Shown here: positions 20,535 through 30,005 of the stretch, one piece after another
How positions within the stretch are numbered: position 1 is the first letter of the stretch
Layout of the letters: every line of letters starts with the position of its first letter
DNA from: Armatimonadota bacterium
Lineage (GTDB): Bacteria > Sysuimicrobiota > Sysuimicrobiia > Sysuimicrobiales > Humicultoraceae
DNA length: 64,000 nt
Direction of reading: 5' to 3'
NCBI GenBank assembly: GCA_037443365.1
Contig: JBBIOM010000001.1
Coordinates: forward strand, 91,485-155,484
Notes under the pieces: model-generated
What the model saw: only the letters and a program-made list of their open reading frames with translations
Told to the model about the DNA's origin: nothing
Database searches by the model: none
Translations under genes and position numbers: made by a program

Positions 20535-21377
20535 CTACTGAGTCGGCGCGCGCTCCACGAACCACTTCTTGTAGAGGGCGTCGAGCGTGCCGTCGTTCCT
20601 CATCTGCGCCAGGGCCGCATCGAACGCCTGCTTGAGTGCCGCATCGCCCTTCTTGATCGCGATCCCCAGGGCCTCGCTCGTGAACGGCTCGCCCACCTTC
20701 TTGAGCTTGCCAGGGTTCACGTTGATGAACCCGTCGGCGGCATAGCTGTCAATGATGACGGCGTCCACGTCCTTGTTGATGAGCGCCTTCACCGCCAGCG
20801 CGAAACTATCGTAGCGGCGCACGTCACCGACCTTCCCCTCCTTCTGCAGGGCGCTGGCCTTCTCATCGTTGGTGGTCCCGGTCTGCACCGCGACCCTCTT
20901 GCCGGTCAGGGTGTCAACCCCGGTGACGGCCGCCTCGTCCTCGCGCACGAGGACGACCTGACCGTAGCGCAGGTAGGGCTCGCTGAAGTCAAGGGTCTTG
21001 CTCCGCTCCTCAGTGATCGTCACGCCCGAGGCCACGGCGTCGAACTGCCCCTGATCCAGGGCCACGAATATGCCGTCCCAGGCGGTCGTCGTGAATACCG
21101 CCTTGCAGTTTGCGCGCTTGCAGATCTCGGCCAGAAGATCGGGGTCGAAACCGATGATCTGCTTGTTCTCGTCCACGTACTCGAACGGCGGATAGGTCGT
21201 GTCGCTGCCGACCTTGATCTCCCGACCGCCCAGGTCAGCCACCGCGGCGGGCGCCGCGGCCGGCTCCGGAACGGCGGGTGGCACGGTGGCCCGGCGGGGG
21301 CCGCGATACATGTAGAACAGCGCCGCGACCACGACGACGACAAGCACAACTATGTAGGTCACTGTGCGTCCTCTCAT
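20535..21377 (-). CDS. amino acid ABC transporter substrate-binding protein
   Basis: 280-aa ORF with an N-terminal TM/signal anchor and family-3 solute-binding protein features (GSDTTYPPFEY, GFDPDL). No ATPase gene is adjacent. Confidence 0.8.
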   Translation of the reverse strand: MRGRTVTYIVVLVVVVVAALFYMYRGPRRATVPPAVPEPAAAPAAVADLGGREIKVGSDTTYPPFEYVDENKQIIGFDPDLLAEICKRANCKAVFTTTAWDGIFVALDQGQFDAVASGVTITEERSKTLDFSEPYLRYGQVVLVREDEAAVTGVDTLTGKRVAVQTGTTNDEKASALQKEGKVGDVRRYDSFALAVKALINKDVDAVIIDSYAADGFINVNPGKLKKVGEPFTSEALGIAIKKGDAALKQAFDAALAQMRNDGTLDALYKKWFVERAPTQ

Positions 21378-21531
21378 GTGTCTGCCTCCTGGTGGATCAC
21401 TGGTGGACGTGCACGGATGACATGCCTATCCGTTCGCGGCCGACTCCGGGCCTCCTGCCCGCGGACGTCGCTGCACCTTGACGCGGCGCGAGGGGTGAGG
21501 AATCCGCCCACGCCGCGGCGAATCACGCGGC

Positions 21532-22002
21532 ATGACCTGGTGGGCTTGGGGCAAGACGGTGCTACTGGTCACTTGCGTCGCTGCCGCCTCAGCGGCGGGC
21601 GCACCAGCGGTACCGCTGGAAGTCCCCTCGCCGCGGCCCGATCTCGACAGGGCCCTGGCCGGCGACTACCGGCGCGCCCTGGAAGGCCAGGGGTTCCAGG
21701 TGGTCTCCGTGGTCATCACCGACCGCCGGGCCGCGGGCGGGGCGCGCGGCGCGCAGGTCGCCTACCGCACGCGCACGGATGGAACGCCCTCTGCGCTGAG
21801 GCCCGAGGTCGTGCGCGTCATTGCGCCGGCGGCCAACCCCCGCCTGGCGCTCGATGTCATCACCGTCCGGGTGATGCGGCGTGACGGCTCCCTGGCGGCG
21901 ACAATCACGGTCTCCGTGACCGTCCTCGACCGCTGGCTCAAGGCGCAGATGAGCGACGACGAGTTCTTCGGACGGTGGTCCGTGCGCCGGGGCTCACCCT
22001 AG
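21532..22002 (+). CDS. hypothetical secreted protein
   Basis: 156-aa ORF with a signal-like N-terminus MTWWAWGKTVLLVTCVAAASAAGA. No family recognised. Confidence 0.4.
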   Translation: MTWWAWGKTVLLVTCVAAASAAGAPAVPLEVPSPRPDLDRALAGDYRRALEGQGFQVVSVVITDRRAAGGARGAQVAYRTRTDGTPSALRPEVVRVIAPAANPRLALDVITVRVMRRDGSLAATITVSVTVLDRWLKAQMSDDEFFGRWSVRRGSP

Positions 22003-23352
22003 GGCGTCGCGCTCGAGGGTAGCGACGGCCTCGACGTGGTGCGTCTGGGGGAACAGGTCGAACGGCTGTACGTCCACCAGCCTGTACCCGAACGGCGCGA
22101 GCTCCTTCAGGTCGGGCGCGAGCGTGGTAGGGTTGCACGACACGTAGATGACCCTGCGTGCGCCGCTTCGACCTATCTTGCGCATGACCTTGCCGCCGGC
22201 GCCGGCGCGGGGTGGGTCCAGCACCAGCACGTCCGGCGCGCCATGCGACGCGACCACCGCGGGGAGCACCAGCCGCGCATCGCCGGCTGCGAACTCTGCC
22301 CCGTGCAGGTCGTTGAGGGCTGCGTTCGCAGCCGCGGCATCCGCCGAGGCGCGCACCAATTCGACGCCGACAACGCGCGCGCCCGCACGTGCCAGCGGCA
22401 GCGCGAAGGTGCCAACCCCGCAGTAGAGGTCCACCACGCGGGCGCCGGCAAGCGGCCCGGCGCGTTCGATCACGTGCTCTATCATCTTGGCGGCCTGCGC
22501 GGTGTTCGTCTGGAAGAAGGTATCGAGCCCGATCCGAAAGCGCAGGCCTGCCAGTTGCTCCTCAAGGAAACCGCTACCGTGGAGGGTCTCGACCGACGAG
22601 GGTGGGGCGCCGTCGGAGGCCGCCGTCACCACTCCCCGCACGACGCCGGTGATCCCGGGCACCGTCTGAACTACTTCCTCGACGAACGCACGCGACGCCG
22701 GAAACGGTCCCACTGACGTCAACAGTCCGACCAGGCGGTCGCCGGTCCCTTTGGCCTCGCGGATCACGAGCGAGCGCAGGAACCCAGCGTGGGTCCTCGG
22801 ATCGTAGGGAGCCAGGCCGCTTCGTCGAACGAACTCCCGCACCGCGGCTACGAGCGCGACCGACTCGCTCGACTGCAGGAAGCAGGCCTCGACTGGCACG
22901 ATCCGGTTCCACTCCCCACGGCGGTGGAGCCCCAGCACACCGTCGGGATGAAACGAGAACTCCATCTTGTTGCGGTAGTACCAGGGGGCCGGCGCCGGCA
23001 CGATCGGGCGCACGGCGGCCTCGACGATGCCGCCCAGGTGAGCCAGGCTCTCCCGAACGATCGCCTCCTTGGCGCGGGCCTGCGCCGCGTAGGCGATGTG
23101 CTGCCAGATGCAGCCCCCGCAGGGGCCGAAGTGAGGACAGCGTGGCTGGATGCGGTCGTTCGATGCGACCTCGACCGCGACGACCTCGGCCTCAACGTAG
23201 GACCTCCTTGCGCGCAGGACGCGCGCCCGCACCACATCGCCCGGCACGGCGCCGGCCACGAACACGACCAGCCCGCCCAGGCGGCCAACCCCTCTCCCCC
23301 CGTAGGCGAGACGGTCCACCACCACCCTGATCTCATCGCCGCGCTTCAGCAT
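21994..23352 (-). CDS. 23S rRNA (uracil-5-)-methyltransferase, RumA/RlmD family
   Basis: ORF trimmed to MLKRGDEIRVVVDRLAYGGRGVG (TRAM domain). It has an Fe-S Cys cluster (CPHFGPCGGC), the SAM site DLYCGVGTFALPLA, and the C-terminal SCNPTTLA. Confidence 0.85.
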   Translation of the reverse strand: MLKRGDEIRVVVDRLAYGGRGVGRLGGLVVFVAGAVPGDVVRARVLRARRSYVEAEVVAVEVASNDRIQPRCPHFGPCGGCIWQHIAYAAQARAKEAIVRESLAHLGGIVEAAVRPIVPAPAPWYYRNKMEFSFHPDGVLGLHRRGEWNRIVPVEACFLQSSESVALVAAVREFVRRSGLAPYDPRTHAGFLRSLVIREAKGTGDRLVGLLTSVGPFPASRAFVEEVVQTVPGITGVVRGVVTAASDGAPPSSVETLHGSGFLEEQLAGLRFRIGLDTFFQTNTAQAAKMIEHVIERAGPLAGARVVDLYCGVGTFALPLARAGARVVGVELVRASADAAAANAALNDLHGAEFAAGDARLVLPAVVASHGAPDVLVLDPPRAGAGGKVMRKIGRSGARRVIYVSCNPTTLAPDLKELAPFGYRLVDVQPFDLFPQTHHVEAVATLERDALG

Positions 23353-23452
23353 TCCGACCTCCGGGCGCAATCGTACCACTCGCGGAGGGGCGTGCCCATC
23401 CGGGTTGCGCCCCCAGCAGGCACGGCCACCGCTGCCCGCGAACTAGCCGGGC

Positions 23453-23986
23453 ATGGACCTCTATCGCTGCGTTGTCAGCAAGCGCGACCTGCGGACGTTC
23501 ACCGATCAGCCCATTGATCCGGACGCCCTGCGACGGATACTGGAGGCCGGCCGGCGGTCCGGCAGCGCGCGCAACCGGCAGCCATGGCAGTTCGTCGCCG
23601 TCACCGAGCGCGACCTGCTGCGGCGCCTTGCCGCGTGCGGCCGCTTCGCCGCGCACCTGGCGTCGTCCGCCGCCGCGGTAGTGGTTCTGGTTGAGGACCG
23701 CGGCCAGATGTTCGACGCCGGGCGATGCGCGCAGTCTATGATGCTGGCGGCATGGAGCATGGGGGTGGCCTCGTGCCCTGTAACGCTGCACCACGAGGCA
23801 AAGACCCGCGCGGCGCTGGGCATACCCGAAGGCCCTGTGGTGGCCACGGCGATCGCCCTGGGCTACCCCGACCCGAGAGGGCGCGGGCGCCTGGAGCGGA
23901 TCTCGCTGCGCGTCCTCGTCGGAAGGGGCCGCAAACCGCTGGCGGAACTGGTGCACTGGAACCAATATGGCCGGCGTCTGCTATAA
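23453..23986 (+). CDS. nitroreductase family protein
   Basis: 177-aa ORF containing RRSGSARNRQPWQFVAV, typical of the NADH/FMN nitroreductase fold. Confidence 0.75.
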   Translation: MDLYRCVVSKRDLRTFTDQPIDPDALRRILEAGRRSGSARNRQPWQFVAVTERDLLRRLAACGRFAAHLASSAAAVVVLVEDRGQMFDAGRCAQSMMLAAWSMGVASCPVTLHHEAKTRAALGIPEGPVVATAIALGYPDPRGRGRLERISLRVLVGRGRKPLAELVHWNQYGRRLL

Positions 23987-23996
23987 TACTGCCGCA

Positions 23997-24797
23997 ATGG
24001 GACGCCGCTCATGCCGGTTGGCCTTCACAGCGCTCGTCGTCCTGGTGCTGACCATTCCGTCCCTGGCCCAGGGACTCTCGATAGACACGCTCATCGCGCG
24101 CATCCTCACCGATCCCTACCCGCAGCCCTACACCATGACCGCGGACTTCTCGGCGCGCATGATCTTCAACATGACCACGGGGCGAATTGACGTCTTTGCC
24201 GCGGGCACCATTCTCGAGTCGCGCGCGGCGGCCGGCGAGCCCCGCCGACGCAAGGCCACGCTCACCCGGCTCGACATCCCGCTGCTGCTGCGGCCGTTCG
24301 CGAGCTCGATCAGGCGAACGGTCACCGATCTGGTCGAGGCCGAGCCCAGGCCTGCTGAGTTCTTGCCGACCATGGACGTGTTCATCGTCGAGGAGCGCCC
24401 CGGAGGCCGCGCCCTGGTAGGCGGCGTCCGGCAGGACATCGTAACCGACACCATGGTTCGGTACAACCAGGCTGCCAACCTGAAGGACCCCGCTTCGAGG
24501 CGGGCGATCGCCCGATGGCTGTGGTCCCCGCCCAAGCGCCCCTCGATCGTGCGCGGGGGGCCCGGCCCGTACATGATCTCGGCCATGGCTGATGAAGCAG
24601 GTCTCCTGCACCAGCTCTCGCTGTTCTACGACTGGGGCGAGCTTTCGAACAGGTTCGCCTTCGCGAGCGTGTCAGGCCGGCCCTTCTGGCGCGAGATCGT
24701 CACCGACACCTCGTCGGAGTTCGTGGGGCTCGGGCGCGTGGACGCTACGATCGCGCTGCAGATAACGAACCACTGCCTGAACTGCCCGGCGCGATAA
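23997..24797 (+). CDS. hypothetical secreted protein
   Basis: ORF trimmed to MGRRSCRLAFTALVVLVLTIPSLAQG, a signal peptide. No family recognised. Confidence 0.45.
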   Translation: MGRRSCRLAFTALVVLVLTIPSLAQGLSIDTLIARILTDPYPQPYTMTADFSARMIFNMTTGRIDVFAAGTILESRAAAGEPRRRKATLTRLDIPLLLRPFASSIRRTVTDLVEAEPRPAEFLPTMDVFIVEERPGGRALVGGVRQDIVTDTMVRYNQAANLKDPASRRAIARWLWSPPKRPSIVRGGPGPYMISAMADEAGLLHQLSLFYDWGELSNRFAFASVSGRPFWREIVTDTSSEFVGLGRVDATIALQITNHCLNCPAR

Positions 24798-24804
24798 TAC
24801 CGCC

Positions 24805-25134
24805 GTGCGTATCGAGTTCCTGTACTGGGAGGACTGCCCCTCGCACACCGAAGCCCTGGAGCGGCTGCGGCAGGTGATGCTCGAAGAAGGCCTCCCCGAC
24901 CGGGTGGAACTGGTGCGCATCGCCTCGCAGGATGACGCGGTCCGCCACGGCTTTCCAGGATCACCCACTGTCCGCATCAACGGCGAGGACCTTCAACCCG
25001 AGGGTGCACGGGGAGGCGCGGTGCTGACCTGCCGCACCTATCGCACGGAGGACGACCGGCTCTCGCCGCTGCCCACGGCAACCATGCTCCGGAGGGCTCT
25101 TCGGGCGGCCCGCCGGGAGACCCAAGGAGGATGA
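24805..25134 (+). CDS. small thioredoxin-fold protein (CPSH motif)
   Basis: 109-aa ORF MRIEFLYWEDCPSH...GSPTVRINGEDL, resembling glutaredoxin-like small redox proteins. Overlaps the next gene by 4 nt. Confidence 0.45.
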   Translation: MRIEFLYWEDCPSHTEALERLRQVMLEEGLPDRVELVRIASQDDAVRHGFPGSPTVRINGEDLQPEGARGGAVLTCRTYRTEDDRLSPLPTATMLRRALRAARRETQGG

Positions 25135-25670
25135 TCATGCCCCTGGCCATTGGCGAGGAGATCGTGCACTTCACGCTGCCGGCAACCGACGGCTCGAGCG
25201 TCTCACCCGACCAGTTCGCCGACCGACCGGTGCTGGGCGTTGTGTTCTGGTGCAACCACTGCCCCTACGTCAAGGCGTGGGAGGACAGGCTGATCGCGAT
25301 CCAGCGCGAGTACGCCGGAAGAGGCGCGTCGCTGGTCCTGATCAATAGCAACGATCCGGTGGCGTACCCTGACGACTCATTCGAGGCCATGAAGATTCGC
25401 TCGCAGGAGAAGGCCTACCCCTTCCCCTACCTGTTCGACGAGTCGCAGCAGGCCGCCCGGGGCTACGGCGCGACGCGCACGCCCGAGATCTTCCTGTTCG
25501 ATCGTGCGCGCGTCCTGCGCTACCACGGAGCGCCCGACGACAACTTCGAGCGCGCCGAGGCGGTGACCGAGCACTACCTGAGGGACGCCCTCGACGCGCT
25601 GCTGGCCGGCCGCGCTCCGTCGAAGGCGACCACGCCTCCCAAGGGTTGCACGATCAAGTGGCGCCCGTAG
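25131..25670 (+). CDS. thioredoxin/redoxin family protein (CxxC)
   Basis: 179-aa ORF with WCNHCPYV (CxxC) in an AhpC/TSA-thioredoxin-like context. Confidence 0.7.
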   Translation: MIMPLAIGEEIVHFTLPATDGSSVSPDQFADRPVLGVVFWCNHCPYVKAWEDRLIAIQREYAGRGASLVLINSNDPVAYPDDSFEAMKIRSQEKAYPFPYLFDESQQAARGYGATRTPEIFLFDRARVLRYHGAPDDNFERAEAVTEHYLRDALDALLAGRAPSKATTPPKGCTIKWRP

Positions 25671-25692
25671 GAAGGCCTGGCCCTCTGCCGGG

Positions 25693-26688
25693 CTAGGGCC
25701 GCAGCACCGCCGCGGCGCGCAGTTCGCGTCGCTTCAGGCGCGCCAGCACCTCGTTGGCCGCCTCCAGCGGATGCGCCTCCGCCTCCACGCGCAAGGGGAC
25801 CTGTGCGGCCAAGCGCATGAAGCCCACCGCGTCGGCGCGCGTCAGGTGGCTGACGGTGCGCAAGACGCGCTCACCGTACAGCGCCGCGTAGGGCATCTCT
25901 GGTATGCGGTCCAGCGTCACGGCATTGATGGCGACCACGCCGCCTGGCCGCACGCCGCGCAAGGCCTCGACCACGACGTCGCCCGCAGGCGCGAACACCA
26001 CGGCGCGATCGAAGGGTCGCTCGGGCGCCGTCCCAGGATGGCCCACCCAGGCGGCGCCGAGAGCAGCGGCCAGGCCGCGGTGCTCCTCGCCGCGGGTGAC
26101 CACGCCGACCTCGCATCCCCAGTGGTGCGCGACCTGGATCGCCAGATGGGCGGACGCGCCGAAGCCGTAGAGCCCCAGGCGCTCGCCCGGGCGCAGTCCG
26201 GCGACGCGCAGCGAGCGGAAGCCGATCACGCCCGCGCAGAGCAGAGGCGCCGCGCGCACATCGTCGAAGCGATCGGGTACCGGCACGACGAAGCCGGCAT
26301 CGGCGACCGCATGGACGGCGAAGCCGCCGTCCACGTCGTAGCCGGTGAACGAGGCGTGCGGGCAGAGGTTCTCCTCCCCCCTGGCGCAGGAGGCACAGGA
26401 TCCGCAGGCGCGGGCCAGCCAGGTCACGCCCACTCGCCTCCCCTCCAGATCAGGAGGCGCGCCCGGGCCGAGCCGGTCGATCTCCCCCACGATCTGGTGC
26501 CCTGGGATCACGTGCGGCCGGCGGGGCGGCAGGTCGCCCTCTACGATGTGCAGATCGGTGTGACAGACCCCGCACGCTCTCACGCGGATGCGCACCTGGC
26601 CGCTGCCCGGGAGCGGCGCCTCGCACTCCCCGAGCACGAGCGGCGCGGCCTCGATCGGTGCGGGCGCGAGCAGCCGGGCGGCCAGCAC
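25693..26688 (-). CDS. zinc-binding alcohol dehydrogenase family protein
   Basis: ORF 25693..26880 trimmed to GTG 26688, just after the upstream gene's stop at 26697. It has GVCHTDLH, structural-zinc Cys residues (CGSCASCARGEENLC), and a Rossmann GFGASAH motif. Confidence 0.8.
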   Translation of the reverse strand: MLAARLLAPAPIEAAPLVLGECEAPLPGSGQVRIRVRACGVCHTDLHIVEGDLPPRRPHVIPGHQIVGEIDRLGPGAPPDLEGRRVGVTWLARACGSCASCARGEENLCPHASFTGYDVDGGFAVHAVADAGFVVPVPDRFDDVRAAPLLCAGVIGFRSLRVAGLRPGERLGLYGFGASAHLAIQVAHHWGCEVGVVTRGEEHRGLAAALGAAWVGHPGTAPERPFDRAVVFAPAGDVVVEALRGVRPGGVVAINAVTLDRIPEMPYAALYGERVLRTVSHLTRADAVGFMRLAAQVPLRVEAEAHPLEAANEVLARLKRRELRAAAVLRP

Positions 26689-26696
26689 TGTGGCGC

Positions 26697-27362
26697 CTAC
26701 CGCAGCCCGCTCTGCGCAATCGCGCCGCCGGCGAACCGCTCGATCCGGGAGGCGGCGACGGCGGCGTGTCCCTCGAGCCGTGCAGGCGCGTAGCTGGCCG
26801 GCGCGTAGATGATCATCAGGCAGCGCCTGGTCTCCGGCGTGATCATCGTCCGGCGCGAATCGCTCGTCGGGCTGCCGCACGGGCCATCATCGTCGGCGAC
26901 GGTGAGGCGGCCATCTACGCTGTAGGTCCCCTTGCCGATGGCCTCGTATCCCTCACCCGGCAGTCCGCGGCGCACAACAAGCGCCCCCCGGACGCGGTCG
27001 AGATCGTGCAGCCCGATCGGCAGCAGGAAGTCGAGCGAGCAGAGGTTGTTGATGTCAACGAGCGTGCCTATCCTGGGCAGCCCGTCGCCCCGCAGGACAC
27101 GCCGCAGCAGCGCCTCGGAGGACGGCCGCAGCTTGGTGGGGTCCACGCCGATCCGATGGTACAGCTCCCTGGCAGGACGCAGCCCCTCGATCTGCGCTGG
27201 CTCGCACCCTGCGTACGCGCTCCGGAGCCGCGCGCTGGTCGCCTCGATCTCGTCCCAGAGCGCCTGGCTGTGCTCCGCCGCGGTCACGCCTTCGGCTTCC
27301 ACGATGGCGATGCGCACGCTGGCGGCGAGCGTCGGATCCACCCGCACCTCGATCACAGCCAT
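26697..27362 (-). CDS. B3/B4 tRNA-binding domain protein (PheT-related)
   Basis: ORF trimmed to MAVIEVRVDP at ATG 27362. The pattern RPSSEALLRRVLRG..LPRI..LVDINN...LP.G.HD is typical of stand-alone B3/4 domain proteins. Confidence 0.65.
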   Translation of the reverse strand: MAVIEVRVDPTLAASVRIAIVEAEGVTAAEHSQALWDEIEATSARLRSAYAGCEPAQIEGLRPARELYHRIGVDPTKLRPSSEALLRRVLRGDGLPRIGTLVDINNLCSLDFLLPIGLHDLDRVRGALVVRRGLPGEGYEAIGKGTYSVDGRLTVADDDGPCGSPTSDSRRTMITPETRRCLMIIYAPASYAPARLEGHAAVAASRIERFAGGAIAQSGLR

Positions 27363-28345
27363 CCCCTCCTGCGTCGCTGGTCCAGTCTCCGGATGCCGGC
27401 GCTGTTGGCCAGTGCTATGGCTTCGCGATACTCCTCGCGGGTTATGCGGCGGTTCAACTCCGGGAAGCGATCCCCGCTCACCCTGCACGCGGGAGCATAC
27501 TGATCCATCAGGTTGACATATGTGTCAGGGGACACCTCCACGGCCAGCCAGCGCATGACCTGGGCGGTCCCGGCAAGGCCCCCAGGCAGCACGAGGTGCC
27601 GGACGAGCACGCCCCGCAGCGCCAGCCCACGCTCGTCAATGACGAGATCACCGGTCTGCCGGTGCATCTCGCAGATGCACGCCCGCGCCGCCTCCGGGTA
27701 GTCCGGGGCCAGAAGGTAGCGACGGGCGACCTCGCGATCCCAGCACTTGAAGTCGGGCATGTAGATGTCCACTATCCCGTCGAGCAGACGCAGGCATTCC
27801 ACTGAGTCGTACGCGCTGGTGTTGTACACCAGGGGCAGGCGCAGTCCTGCCTCGATGGCCAGGGGCAGCGCCTCCAGGATCTGCGGCACGACGTGCTCGG
27901 GCGTCACCAGGTTGATGTTGTGGCAGCCGGCCTCCTGGAGGTGGAGCATCATGGCCGCCAACGCCTGGGGCGAGACCGGTCGTCCCTCGCCCAGGTGGCT
28001 GATGGCGTGGTTCTGGCAGAAGACGCACTTCAACGGGCAGTACGCGAAGAAGATCGTACCGCTCCCCTGCCAACCTCTCAAGCAGTCCTCCTCGCCCATG
28101 TGGGGCGAGAAGGAGCTCACGATGGCGTGACGGCCGGTCTTGCAGACCGCCCAGCGCCCCTCCAGGCGATCCACACCGCATGCGCGCGGGCAGGCGCGGC
28201 ACTCGCGCAGCAGATCGAGCGCGGCCAGGGCGCGGCGGTGCAACTCGCCCGCATCCATCCGGCAGTACGCCGGCTCGGATGCCTCGAGTGGCGTCCGGTG
28301 CCTATCAGGACCCGCGGCCATGCGCAACCATCCCGAGGCCATCAT
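27353..28345 (-). CDS. radical SAM protein, PflX-like (putative activating enzyme)
   Basis: 330-aa ORF containing CRACPRACGVDRL...GSGTIFFAYCPLKCVFCQNHAIS (a CX3CX2C radical SAM cluster with an upstream Cys motif). The start is uncertain (28345 or an internal Met). Confidence 0.75.
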   Translation of the reverse strand: MMASGWLRMAAGPDRHRTPLEASEPAYCRMDAGELHRRALAALDLLRECRACPRACGVDRLEGRWAVCKTGRHAIVSSFSPHMGEEDCLRGWQGSGTIFFAYCPLKCVFCQNHAISHLGEGRPVSPQALAAMMLHLQEAGCHNINLVTPEHVVPQILEALPLAIEAGLRLPLVYNTSAYDSVECLRLLDGIVDIYMPDFKCWDREVARRYLLAPDYPEAARACICEMHRQTGDLVIDERGLALRGVLVRHLVLPGGLAGTAQVMRWLAVEVSPDTYVNLMDQYAPACRVSGDRFPELNRRITREEYREAIALANSAGIRRLDQRRRRGWL

Positions 28346-28429
28346 GCAACGACCGCGTCATCTCGACAAGCCATGCCCTGAGCGATCAACCGGGGAGGCT
28401 TCGGCCTGGCGCCCGGCGTAGAAGTCCAC

Positions 28430-29002
28430 GTGGCCATGGCTCGATTGGCGATTATGCTCGCAATGCTGCTGGCGGCGTCCGCGGCTCCGCCAGGACATCT
28501 GGCCAGCAGCGGCGTGGCCATTGGCGGCGGCGGATTCGCAAGCGTCACGGCGCTGTGGGTGACCCCGGGCGTGGTGGACCATGCATACTACCACGCGCTG
28601 GTCCCGGCGGAACACCGCGCCTGGCAGCGGGCGGCGGCCCAGGCCTTCACGCTGATCCGGCTGGACGTGGAGAACCACTCCGATCTGACCCTGGAGGGCT
28701 ACCTGGCTCTGAACCTGCGCCTGTCGGCAGGCGGCGTCCTTCACCCGGTGGTGGGGGGCGCCACCGCGCTCGCGCCCCACAGCCGCCTGGTCCCTGACCT
28801 CGGACGGCAGGTGCTTCCGCCCCGAACGCGATTCGGGGCGCTGTACGCGTTCCCCCGCGTGCCCAGGAGCACACGCGAGGTGGGTCTGGTCATCCGCCCG
28901 CTGTGGGCCTTTGCGCGCGGGGTAGGACAGGTGGAGTCCCTTCCGGAGTTCGTCCTTCGCTTCGATCCCGCAGCCCTGACCTATCCTCCGGACGATCCCT
29001 AG
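28430..29002 (+). CDS. hypothetical secreted protein
   Basis: 190-aa ORF with signal peptide MAMARLAIMLAMLLAASAAPPG. No family recognised. Confidence 0.45.
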   Translation: MAMARLAIMLAMLLAASAAPPGHLASSGVAIGGGGFASVTALWVTPGVVDHAYYHALVPAEHRAWQRAAAQAFTLIRLDVENHSDLTLEGYLALNLRLSAGGVLHPVVGGATALAPHSRLVPDLGRQVLPPRTRFGALYAFPRVPRSTREVGLVIRPLWAFARGVGQVESLPEFVLRFDPAALTYPPDDP

Positions 29003-29007
29003 CCCCT

Positions 29008-29937
29008 CTATCCCAACAGGATCATTGCCGTGCCCGTCAGCGCGATCACCGTGCCGGCTACGATCCACGGCGTGACTGTCTCATGGCCGCGCAGCAGGAA
29101 CGGGCTTGCGATCAGCACCACGAGCGCCTGAAGGTTGTAGAGCACCGACGCGATGGCCACGGGAGCGTGCCGGAGAGCCGTGAACAGAAGCAGGATGGCC
29201 ATGGTGTTGCACAGCGCGCTGCCAAGCACGTCGCCGCGCAGCCACGCCCGCCCGGCCGGCCACCGCGCCGCGGGGCGAAAGGCCGACCACAGCAGGTGCG
29301 CGAGCAGCGCCGTGACCGCGCCCACCGCGGCGCCCAGGACCGGCGCCGGGGTCAGGATCAGCCCGAACCGGCGCGCGGTGTCGCCTATCGCGAACGAGGC
29401 GGCTCCTGCCAGCGCCATGGCCACTCCCACCGGGTCGAGGGTGCGCCGGCCCCGAGCGCCGGCGCGGCGTCCTGGCCAGAGGCTCACCCACAGACCTGCC
29501 GTCACCGTGGCCAGGCCCACGACCTGCAACGAGCGGGGCATCTCTCCCAGGAGCAGGTAGCCGAACAGGAGCGTGAAGACGCTGTTGCTCAGGCGGATGG
29601 CCGTGGAGAGCGCGGGGCCGAGCCGGCGGATGGTCTGGTACGCCAGGTTTCGACCCAGCAGCGTTCCAGCAATGCCGCCGGCAGCGAACATGCCCACCGA
29701 GATCAGGTGAACCGGCGGCAGCATCCGGCCCAGGGCTGACGCCGCCAGGAAGGTCGAGTAGACCAGGACGTTCATCGCGATGCTGACCAGGACGCCCGAC
29801 TCGGGCGCGACAGCCACCATGAAGCGCCTGGCCAGCACAGTGCTGATTCCAAACGACAGCGCGGCAGCCAGGGCCGCGAGCTCGCCAATCACTGGACGGC
29901 ACGCCGGGCGGCGGCCCCCCCGCAGAAGTCGGCACAC
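29008..29937 (-). CDS. EamA/DMT family transporter
   Basis: 309-aa ORF with about 10 TM helices and the duplicated EamA-like architecture. Confidence 0.7.
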   Translation of the reverse strand: MCRLLRGGRRPACRPVIGELAALAAALSFGISTVLARRFMVAVAPESGVLVSIAMNVLVYSTFLAASALGRMLPPVHLISVGMFAAGGIAGTLLGRNLAYQTIRRLGPALSTAIRLSNSVFTLLFGYLLLGEMPRSLQVVGLATVTAGLWVSLWPGRRAGARGRRTLDPVGVAMALAGAASFAIGDTARRFGLILTPAPVLGAAVGAVTALLAHLLWSAFRPAARWPAGRAWLRGDVLGSALCNTMAILLLFTALRHAPVAIASVLYNLQALVVLIASPFLLRGHETVTPWIVAGTVIALTGTAMILLG

Positions 29938-30005
29938 TCGGCCGATAGCGATGGTGCAGAGCGTGGTCGCGAGGGGGAAGCCGCGTGGGCACCATGCCCG
30001 GGCAC

